Positions 20,358 through 28,311 of a stretch of DNA of 64,000 nucleotides are shown here, in pieces. The notes below the pieces were generated by a model. The model was not told where the DNA came from. It made no database searches and worked only from the letters and a program-made list of their open reading frames with translations. The stretch is taken from the IMG/VR virus record IMGVR_UViG_3300042695_001232, one strand, 5' to 3'. Numbering within the stretch: position 1 is the first letter of the stretch; each line of letters begins with the position of its first letter. This stretch comes from an uncultured virus (IMG/VR IMGVR_UViG_3300042695_001232). Its lineage: Duplodnaviria; Heunggongvirae; Uroviricota; Caudoviricetes. A program made the translations under genes and the position numbers.

Positions 20358-20987
20358 TCAATAATAATTAGAAAGTTCAAAGCGTTTCCATCCAGCACTG
20401 TCGTAAATATATAAATAATTTTCACAAACTGAGATTTGTCCATACGTTCCAGCCGTTGATGGAGGACAATCTGTAGTGCTGTCTACAATCAACGTAGTAA
20501 CTCTCAATGTATTGATAGTCACAGAATCACCCAAATCACCACAACAATTTGGCAATGGATACGTAGGAATTGGATACGTAGGAATTATATATGTAACAAT
20601 AGGTGTTGCACATGGTGCTGAAGGTGCTATTTCACAAATAATACACTCTTGTACACTAACACCACGATTTGCCCACGTTTTATTAGGACTATTATCCGTT
20701 TTAATCCAAGTTACATTTCTATTAACCCCGCCACTTAATAACACCTCATATTTCTTACACAGTTTTTCTATCGAATTATTGGCATAATTGATAGTAGTAA
20801 AGTCAGAATCGCCTGGATATTTATATGAAAATACATTTCCTCTCTTTTGAAGAATTGTACCAGTTGGACTGGTAAACAAATCATTTGGAGAGTTATCTAC
20901 GTAAGACGTAGAAGTCACAGTAGTACGTACTGTGACTAAACGATCAATAAACGTATTGAATCTGTTATAAGAAATAAAGTCTAACAC
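20358..20987 (-). CDS. putative virion/fibre-associated protein
   Basis: C-terminal AGTYGQISVCENYLYIYDSAGWKR; TATTTATA motif upstream; IPTYP duplication. Confidence 0.55.
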   Translation of the reverse strand: MLDFISYNRFNTFIDRLVTVRTTVTSTSYVDNSPNDLFTSPTGTILQKRGNVFSYKYPGDSDFTTINYANNSIEKLCKKYEVLLSGGVNRNVTWIKTDNSPNKTWANRGVSVQECIICEIAPSAPCATPIVTYIIPTYPIPTYPLPNCCGDLGDSVTINTLRVTTLIVDSTTDCPPSTAGTYGQISVCENYLYIYDSAGWKRFELSNYY

Positions 20988-21023
20988 AAAAAATCCTGTT
21001 TCTTGTGCTATATAAATATAAAC

Positions 21024-22199
21024 TTATCTACCAACCTCTTGAAAAAAATTACTCTTAGCGGTGTTATATGACATATCCATTATAGAGTTATAGTACAATA
21101 TGTCCTTCTTAAGGTTATTTTCAGACTTCAATTTCAAATATCTATCTTTGGCTTTTACTTTCCACCAGTCCAAAATAGCCTTTTTATCATCAAAAAACAA
21201 CTTTTTCATCACCAGTTGGTCTTCATTTACCTTGTTTTGTAAGAATTCCTTGGTATTTTCATAAAAACTACTATAGTAGACACCACGCTCATACCCATGA
21301 ACATAATTTTGAGTTTTAATATTCAATTCCTGAAATATCATGCTTATAACTCGCTGTTTAGCACCTGTTACTGGTCCAGACACATCATCCTTTTGTGTCA
21401 TTTTCTTGGTATATTCCTCAGATTTGTTCTCCTTGATCCAATCATGCCAAATCTGATATACATGGTCGTCTGGCTTAATAGGTATTTTACCAGTACTTGT
21501 ACCACACTTGTGCCACCATTTCAAACTATTATACATACTATAACTACCATATAAACTAGTAGTAGTCATGCCAACCAAAGTTTGATTATAAAGTTTCTTC
21601 CAAACATCTCTAACCACAGATGATGTGACCAAACACGCAACCAACTTACCACCTAAAAAATTATATCCAAACGGCTGAGTACTCATAATACAACTTCCAA
21701 TCGCACTATGCGTCAATTTGCCCTCTTCCAACTTGTTCTTTGGAGTCCATCCAATATACTTGTCACGATCCGTAATGGTAATAACGTCACTTGATACAGA
21801 AACCGCTCCTAGGTACCGTGTGCGCTCACTGTTACCGTCTGTGATGAGAAACTTCAAAAACCTACCCGGAGTTTGACTAAACTCCATCGTATGACAAAAT
21901 ACACGCAACATCAACCAATCCAATTCTTGTTGTTCCGTTTCAACATGAACCATAGTAGGATTCAATTCATCCAATTCTTTCAACGTCAATTCTTCATTGT
22001 AAATATCAGTTGGCTTCCAGATTTTATACTTAACATCATCTGATCGGGACGCAAAGTTACGATATTCTCTGACCTCTTCCCATTTCTTATAAAACGTAGC
22101 TTCTTCTACGCTCATAGACTTCAAATAGTTCATATTGTCTATGAACTTTTGTTTTTCTACGTCATATGGAAAATCGTCTATTTGGAAAAATTGATTCAT
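21024..22199 (-). CDS. DUF4338 / Druantia DruA-like protein
   Basis: PGRFLKFL, RDKYIGW, QPFGYNFLGGKLVA, TTTSLYG..SMYN motifs recognised as DUF4338-like. Confidence 0.7.
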   Translation of the reverse strand: MNQFFQIDDFPYDVEKQKFIDNMNYLKSMSVEEATFYKKWEEVREYRNFASRSDDVKYKIWKPTDIYNEELTLKELDELNPTMVHVETEQQELDWLMLRVFCHTMEFSQTPGRFLKFLITDGNSERTRYLGAVSVSSDVITITDRDKYIGWTPKNKLEEGKLTHSAIGSCIMSTQPFGYNFLGGKLVACLVTSSVVRDVWKKLYNQTLVGMTTTSLYGSYSMYNSLKWWHKCGTSTGKIPIKPDDHVYQIWHDWIKENKSEEYTKKMTQKDDVSGPVTGAKQRVISMIFQELNIKTQNYVHGYERGVYYSSFYENTKEFLQNKVNEDQLVMKKLFFDDKKAILDWWKVKAKDRYLKLKSENNLKKDILYYNSIMDMSYNTAKSNFFQEVGR

Positions 22200-22480
22200 T
22201 AGGTTTTCTTTTTGTTTCGTTCTTCAAAGTCTATAGTAGTACCACGCTTAAAGTCAAACACTATCTTAGATGATGATATCTTAACATCTGTTAGTTCAGA
22301 ATAAGTCACAATTGGCATTTTACCGTTTTTATCTTTAGGAAGTTTAGTTACTGCATTCTTAACTTCACGTTCATCGCCAATAGAAAGAGGAGAATCTAAT
22401 TTTATTAGATTCTCCCCATCATATAAAAGATAACCATCTCCCTTAGCCAATTCAAAATAATAGTAATGTTTTCTCTTCAT
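22199..22480 (-). CDS. hypothetical protein
   Basis: 93-aa ORF, TAATG-coupled to the downstream gene. Confidence 0.65.
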   Translation of the reverse strand: MKRKHYYYFELAKGDGYLLYDGENLIKLDSPLSIGDEREVKNAVTKLPKDKNGKMPIVTYSELTDVKISSSKIVFDFKRGTTIDFEERNKKKT

Positions 22481-22537
22481 AGTAATGAGTTTTTACAACT
22501 CATATACATAGAAGAAAATGACACCACCATCTTTATT

Positions 22538-22948
22538 TTAAACAGTCTGAGGAACGTAGGTTTCTGTACGAACCGTGGTTTCAACACTCTCAGTAGTCTC
22601 AATCTCAGTTGGCTTAACATTAACAACATTCACCACATTAGGAATGTTATCCTCAAGGATAACTCCTGCAGTACGAGCGGCATCAATGGTTTCTTGAGAA
22701 ACAGGAGCGTTGGCAAAAACCAACTTAGGACGACCCTTACTTCCCTTGATTGTACCCAACTTAACAACTTGATTATCCTCAAGTGCGTTTGTGAGACGAA
22801 CCCGAAGCGTAATCAAAGCGGCAAAATGCCGGTTCTGATCCCAGAGGTTTGTAATGTTGGGGTGAGACTCACTGATATCCATGGTATAAAAACCATTAGG
22901 CCAGTTAACGCTGAGTCCTGTCTTATTCTGTCGATTTGTCTTTTTCAT
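22538..22948 (-). CDS. putative winged-helix DNA-binding protein
   Basis: ITLRVRL...GTIKGSKGRPKLVF resembles a wHTH wing with a GRP motif. Confidence 0.5.
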   Translation of the reverse strand: MKKTNRQNKTGLSVNWPNGFYTMDISESHPNITNLWDQNRHFAALITLRVRLTNALEDNQVVKLGTIKGSKGRPKLVFANAPVSQETIDAARTAGVILEDNIPNVVNVVNVKPTEIETTESVETTVRTETYVPQTV

Positions 22949-22975
22949 GTTATATATTTACCTTTCTATTTTTTG

Positions 22976-25027
22976 TTAAATTTTACTATTACTGCTCAAA
23001 AACATTTCATTCATTGTCTTAGCAACACTAATGATGTTAGTTACATCAATAAATCTTGCATCGGCGCCATACATTGTTTTGAAACAAACATACGGTCCAT
23101 AACTAGCACTGTCAACCTTTATTTTATTAATTGCTGTTTCTGCAATAAAATATGACAACACCTTATATCCCTTTCCACGAATCTTATTCACCTGTTTACG
23201 AGTATGAATACCTCCATTTTTGGGACCATAAGACATGTAGTTACCACTTTTATTATAACTATATGTGGGTTCGCCATCTGAAAAATTTAGGAAATAACAG
23301 TCTTCGTATTCGCCACATTCCTTGAGTAGATCCATAATGGCTTCATAACACAATCCTTCGGGGGTACTTCCGTTACAATAAAGATACGGAAAAATAGTAC
23401 GAACCTTGTTAAACGAATCCTTGGCAGAATCATACACCATAGCAATATATGGAAGACCATTCTGTCCAGTAGTTCTCATACTAACACTAACCCGAATGTT
23501 ACTGATCATGGATGCTGCCTTACAAATAGCAGTGACGCTGGTAATTGTATTAGTCCACTTATTAGCGTGTTGCATACTTCCACTAGCATCCATTGAAATA
23601 TGAATGAATCCTTTCTTATACTGATCTGTGTCAATACGATAAAAAACATTCTCATTATCAATACCCAAATCAGAAAGTACACGACGATCAATCTTACCAG
23701 TAGACTTTCTCATATACTTAGTAGTGTTAATTTCACTGCGAATACTAAGACGTTTTCCCAAAAGGTTACCAAGTTGAATGCCACGATTTACAGCATCAAC
23801 ATTCTTTGGAAATGGATTTTTATCCCTATCAACCAATACACAAGGACAACTATCTGACAAAGCAAATTCCTTGGTAAAATTCTTCACGACTACACAGTCA
23901 ACACCGTTAGTAATAACTGTAGTATCATCTAGATTGGCTCCTACATTCACAATAGTTACACCTGCCTTCTCCAAGTCTTCAAGAATACAATTTTCACGGC
24001 TGTTAACCTTCTTCTTCTTGATTTTACCAGACAAAAAGTCACGTTGTTTATTAAGAGCCTTCTCAATTGCTTTCAATTTGCTCTTGGAAATGCACGTCTT
24101 ATCATTGTCTTTCTTTGTCTTTTCTTCAGACTTGTCAGTACCAACTGGATTTGTTTCTGTTTCAATTCCACCAAAACCATCATCTGATCCGGAATTGACT
24201 ACAACCACAACTTGAGATTCATTACTGCTGCCACTGCCACTCATTTCCAATTGAGCAGACTCATTCTCTTTTTGTTGGTCATCAATACTAACATTCTCAT
24301 AAATCATTTCACAAACTTGCAACGCCACTTCGTAACGGTCCTTAGGAGTCTTAAGTCTGCTGATATTAGCAACATCAATGCACTCAGCAATCTTTCTAAA
24401 AGCAGGCAATGCATCCAAATCAGTATGAGGATTCATTAGATTGATCAGTCTCGCTTCATACGACTGAACCGTGGTAGACCGATACAAATCAGTAGTCAAC
24501 AGTGTCTTAACATGTGGACTATTAAAGTACTTTTCGTACAATGCCAAATAATAACCACGATATCCCGGAGCAGAATTGTAAACAAAGTTATCAATATACC
24601 TATCTTCAATAATATTCAATATAGTCTTAATATATGAAGCAACTTCCGTTTTGCTGAAACCTTTAGTCTCAGCAATATTATATAGACTACGAGGAACGTT
24701 CTGCCAAATATCAGCAATCAATCGAAAATCACTGAGCAAAATATGAGATCCCTCATGTAGGGCAAGTCCAACAGTACTGTCAAAGTCTTCAGCCTTTTCA
24801 ATATCAGCGGATAGATGAACAATATTTCCATTGGTTGCATTTACGTTTTCGTCGTTAAAAACGACAGGAATAGACTTGCTGGTGAGAATACTAACAAAAT
24901 TTGAAACAGCACGACGATTCATGTTGAGACGAATCAGACGAGTAGTATCGTCCATCGTAACGGAATCATCAAAGTCATCAAACTCATCCAACCAAAAGTC
25001 AGAGTGAATAGTAGATTTGTTTTTCAT
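22976..25027 (-). CDS. vWA-domain protein with N-terminal HExxH metallopeptidase-like domain (MoxR partner, CobT-like)
   Basis: GLALHEGSH, NIIEDRYI, acidic linker, GKIDRR, MIDAS DASGSM, GSTPE, FSDGEP. Confidence 0.85.
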   Translation of the reverse strand: MKNKSTIHSDFWLDEFDDFDDSVTMDDTTRLIRLNMNRRAVSNFVSILTSKSIPVVFNDENVNATNGNIVHLSADIEKAEDFDSTVGLALHEGSHILLSDFRLIADIWQNVPRSLYNIAETKGFSKTEVASYIKTILNIIEDRYIDNFVYNSAPGYRGYYLALYEKYFNSPHVKTLLTTDLYRSTTVQSYEARLINLMNPHTDLDALPAFRKIAECIDVANISRLKTPKDRYEVALQVCEMIYENVSIDDQQKENESAQLEMSGSGSSNESQVVVVVNSGSDDGFGGIETETNPVGTDKSEEKTKKDNDKTCISKSKLKAIEKALNKQRDFLSGKIKKKKVNSRENCILEDLEKAGVTIVNVGANLDDTTVITNGVDCVVVKNFTKEFALSDSCPCVLVDRDKNPFPKNVDAVNRGIQLGNLLGKRLSIRSEINTTKYMRKSTGKIDRRVLSDLGIDNENVFYRIDTDQYKKGFIHISMDASGSMQHANKWTNTITSVTAICKAASMISNIRVSVSMRTTGQNGLPYIAMVYDSAKDSFNKVRTIFPYLYCNGSTPEGLCYEAIMDLLKECGEYEDCYFLNFSDGEPTYSYNKSGNYMSYGPKNGGIHTRKQVNKIRGKGYKVLSYFIAETAINKIKVDSASYGPYVCFKTMYGADARFIDVTNIISVAKTMNEMFLSSNSKI

Positions 25028-25036
25028 TGTGTTAAT

Positions 25037-25065
25037 ATCCTACACCAGCATTATAACAAAGTCAA
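25037..25065 (-). promoter_or_regulatory. sigma70-like promoter TTGACT-N17-TAGGAT
   Basis: Shares TGGTGTAGGATA with the promoter at 26039-26066; ATG 9 nt downstream. Confidence 0.7.
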
Positions 25066-25074
25066 TGACTTTTT

Positions 25075-26022
25075 TTAGAAAGGAGGTTGATTCTTCTTCA
25101 ACGGATCGTTCATCAACGGATCATTTGTAGCTTCACTTGGAACATACTTTTGAACAACTTGTTTGATGTAAGTACGTTCACTATCAACTCCACCATCAGA
25201 AGAAAACTCCGGATAGATTACGCTTTCAGCAATTTCCTTAAGACTAAATCCATCCTTGGCAAGTTCAACCATTTCACAAACCGCTCGAGTTGAAACAAAG
25301 TTGGTAATCTTGCCATCTTCCTGGCGATATTGATCACGGGTATGAGCGGAAATATCACAGATAGAAGTAATCGTATTAACCAAATTCGTATCATTTGTAT
25401 CAATTCCAAATCGATTGATCATCAAAGTGAATTCGGACTGTTTGTCAAGAAAGTCCATTTCAATCTTAACAGAGAATCGATCCATAAGAGCACGGTCCAT
25501 AACACGGGTAGCAGTATATTGATTGCCAATATTAGCCGTTCCAATGAAACATACACCAGATGCAACATTAACAACTTCACTGTCCTTCTTTTCATCCAAT
25601 CGAAGATATCGTTGAAGAGTATCAAGTACAGTCATCATGATGTTTGCAGCGTCGTGATGAGCACGACTAATTTCATCCAACAGAATAACAGCGTTTGGAG
25701 TTTGAATTGCCTTTACAAAAGTAGATTCACTGAAAATTGTTCCCGTTTCCTTTTCAAAGTGAGTATTACCAATAAGAGCACTACGAGCATCTTGGGTAGA
25801 CCCCATGTTGAAGTAAAAGAATGGACGGTTAAATGTCTTGGCAACTGTTTGGGCAGCAAGCGTCTTGCCACATCCGGTAGGTCCAACCATCAACACGTTC
25901 TTTCCATAAAGAACGGATCGAACGAGATACTTCCACTTGATGTCCGAAATAATAACATTATCCGGCTTCTTAGAAAGAGCAGAATCGAGGATTTGATTGA
26001 ATGACTTGTTAGTGTTTTTCAT
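25075..26022 (-). CDS. MoxR-family AAA+ ATPase (CbbQ/NirQ/CobS-like)
   Basis: GPTGCGKT, ILLDEISR, GTANIG..Y, DRALMDRF, STR sensor. Confidence 0.92.
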   Translation of the reverse strand: MKNTNKSFNQILDSALSKKPDNVIISDIKWKYLVRSVLYGKNVLMVGPTGCGKTLAAQTVAKTFNRPFFYFNMGSTQDARSALIGNTHFEKETGTIFSESTFVKAIQTPNAVILLDEISRAHHDAANIMMTVLDTLQRYLRLDEKKDSEVVNVASGVCFIGTANIGNQYTATRVMDRALMDRFSVKIEMDFLDKQSEFTLMINRFGIDTNDTNLVNTITSICDISAHTRDQYRQEDGKITNFVSTRAVCEMVELAKDGFSLKEIAESVIYPEFSSDGGVDSERTYIKQVVQKYVPSEATNDPLMNDPLKKNQPPF

Positions 26023-26038
26023 AAACTTAATTTTCTTT

Positions 26039-26066
26039 ATCCTACACCAACTTTAAAAGAAGTCAA
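26039..26066 (-). promoter_or_regulatory. sigma70-like promoter TTGACT-N16-TAGGAT
   Basis: Lies directly after a terminator; near-copy of 25037-25065. Confidence 0.7.
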
Positions 26067-26067
26067 C

Positions 26068-26097
26068 AAAAAAGCCGCTGTTTTTTTCAGCGGCTTT
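26068..26097 (-). terminator. rho-independent terminator
   Basis: AAAGCCGCTG-loop-CAGCGGCTTT stem with a T run on the minus strand. Confidence 0.8.
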
Positions 26098-26120
26098 CAA
26101 AGTAGTTTTTTGAATCAAAT

Positions 26121-26423
26121 TTAACGTCTATGTCCATGATGATGGTGACCACCACCAATCCAGATCGTAGGAGATGGATAATAAACTACCGGCGGTGGAG
26201 CAACTATAACCACTGGTTGTGGATACACTACATGTTGAACCACCGGTTGTTGGACTACGACCACTTGTGGCTGATAAACCACGGGAGCATAAACAACTGG
26301 TGGTGGACAATATACTGGTCCACCAAATCCAATGGAAACTCCCCAACTGAAGTGACCGGCATTAACAGAAAAAGTACTGAGTAATGCGGCAACTAACAAT
26401 GATTTAGTAATAATTTTTTTCAT
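26121..26423 (-). CDS. secreted Pro/Val/Tyr-rich protein (PXPV-repeat-like)
   Basis: Signal peptide MKKIITKSLLVAALLSTFSVNA, then GVSIGFGGP, PPPVVY repeats and a His-rich tail. Confidence 0.7.
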   Translation of the reverse strand: MKKIITKSLLVAALLSTFSVNAGHFSWGVSIGFGGPVYCPPPVVYAPVVYQPQVVVVQQPVVQHVVYPQPVVIVAPPPVVYYPSPTIWIGGGHHHHGHRR

Positions 26424-26477
26424 AGGTTTTATCCGACAGTGGTTTGACCATACAGACTGTACCCATATTCGATCAAC

Positions 26478-27161
26478 TCACTTAAACTTAACAGTCAAGT
26501 TGTCATCCTTTTGTTTAGGATACTTGTATTTGGCCTTTTCGCCCTTCAAAGAGTGATCAGATTGCTTTTCAACCTTCTTAAGATTCACATCTTGCATTGG
26601 TTTATCTGGCAAATCTTCTTCCTTTTTAACAGCATCCACCACTTTTTCATCAGTTTCTTGCGGTTTATCTCCTTGATTCTTCTTTTTTTCCTTATCAACG
26701 CTATTTTCTGCTGATTTGTTATATGCAGCATTAATATAATTTTCTTTATCGCTAGTCAAAAACGACTTTAGAAAGTCTTTTACTTCGTCATAATCACATC
26801 CAATCTTCTTAGTTCTATCAATTTTGTCTTTGTATGCCAAAATTTCAAAATTGTTGTTCCAACGTGGTCTAATATGAATGTGATATGGTTCACATCCACA
26901 TAATTCAAAGTTTCCAGCATCGTTTTTCTTAACACTATATGTTTTATTGATGCCTTGTGCCAATCTATTCAATTCTTCTTCCATCTGGACACATGTTTTA
27001 TCAAACTCTATTGTTTTTTCTTCAATTATTTCAGCAATCAAACTCTTTAACAATACAGAAAGTTTTTTGTTTTCATTTAAACGTTTCTTTTTTTCAGCAC
27101 GTTCTACAAGAACTTCCTTAATACTCTCAGAAATAAGTTGGCGGAATTGGTCAATTTTCAT
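26478..27161 (-). CDS. hypothetical late protein
   Basis: 227-aa charged ORF with TATTTATA just upstream of the ATG. Confidence 0.7.
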   Translation of the reverse strand: MKIDQFRQLISESIKEVLVERAEKKKRLNENKKLSVLLKSLIAEIIEEKTIEFDKTCVQMEEELNRLAQGINKTYSVKKNDAGNFELCGCEPYHIHIRPRWNNNFEILAYKDKIDRTKKIGCDYDEVKDFLKSFLTSDKENYINAAYNKSAENSVDKEKKKNQGDKPQETDEKVVDAVKKEEDLPDKPMQDVNLKKVEKQSDHSLKGEKAKYKYPKQKDDNLTVKFK

Positions 27162-27199
27162 ATTATACCTATAAATATACGAAGTTTACATATAATAAC

Positions 27200-27234
27200 A
27201 AAAAAAGAACACCCTTTTAGAGGGTGTTCTTTTT
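27200..27234 (-). terminator. rho-independent terminator after nrdB
   Basis: AAAAAGAACACCC-loop-GGGTGTTCTTTTT. Confidence 0.85.
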
Positions 27235-27249
27235 GACAATTGACCTCAA

Positions 27250-28308
27250 TTAGAGTTTAAATCCATCAAAAGCATCATCATTGATGGTATTATCCACTCC
27301 TTTGACATAACTACTCAATTCTGTTTCTTGAGGAGCAACTTGTAACTTTTTACTATCATAATAACTATCCAACCATCCAGATAGAGGATTTACCTTAGCA
27401 TTACTGTAAATCTTTTTGTATCCCATACTAGATAAACGATTGTTTGCCAACCATTCAATATAGTGTTTTAGACTTTCACTGGTCAAACCTACTAGATTAC
27501 CTTTACTGAAAAGATAATCAGCCCAGTCTTTTTCTGCATTAACTGCCATTTCATATGCAGCATAGATTTTGTCTTCGTTCTTCTTAACAATATCTTGGAA
27601 TCCTTCTTCTGGGTTATTAATCCAGTTCTTCATAATATTTTGGGTAATAGCCACGTGTAGATTTTCATCGCGGCTAATAAACTTAATAATCTTACTATTA
27701 CCCTCCATCTTTCCACGAAATCCAAAATAGAAACTACAAGCAAAACTCACATAGAAAATCAATCCCTCAGTGATCTGCGTAGCAAGAATAGCATCAAACA
27801 ACTGTTGTTTAACGTCATCTGATGGTGCCAATAGTTCGTCATACTTCTTACTAATAGCTTTAGCGCGTTTTACAATTTCTTCGTCTTCTAATACACTATC
27901 AAAGAACTTGGTAGCATCTGGATAAACATTGTTAAGAATGTATGTATAACTGTTACTGTGGATAGTTTCAAAAAACGACCAAGTATTCATACAAATTTCC
28001 AGTTCTGGATTTGTACAATGCTTCATCAATTCGTGAATACTACGACTCAACATACTGTCGGTCATGGTCTGAAACTTAAGATTGCTATCAAACACAAACC
28101 GTTCCTCATCAGACAACACCTTGTAGTCACTAATGTCCTTTACAAGGTTCACTTCTTGAGGACGCCAAAAAAAGTTGAGTTGTTGATCATAAAGATCATA
28201 GAACTTTTGATATTTGATTTTATCATATCTCTGAAGAGATAGATCTTCACCGAAAAACATTGGGTTTCTCAGTTGGTCGATATTCTTTTTATTCAATACA
28301 GTTTTCAT
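27250..28308 (-). CDS. nrdB: ribonucleotide reductase class Ia beta subunit
   Basis: FFWRPQEV, FFETIHSNSY, EGLIFYVSF, RDENLH, QVAPQETELSSY. Confidence 0.97.
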   Translation of the reverse strand: MKTVLNKKNIDQLRNPMFFGEDLSLQRYDKIKYQKFYDLYDQQLNFFWRPQEVNLVKDISDYKVLSDEERFVFDSNLKFQTMTDSMLSRSIHELMKHCTNPELEICMNTWSFFETIHSNSYTYILNNVYPDATKFFDSVLEDEEIVKRAKAISKKYDELLAPSDDVKQQLFDAILATQITEGLIFYVSFACSFYFGFRGKMEGNSKIIKFISRDENLHVAITQNIMKNWINNPEEGFQDIVKKNEDKIYAAYEMAVNAEKDWADYLFSKGNLVGLTSESLKHYIEWLANNRLSSMGYKKIYSNAKVNPLSGWLDSYYDSKKLQVAPQETELSSYVKGVDNTINDDAFDGFKL

Positions 28309-28311
28309 ATT

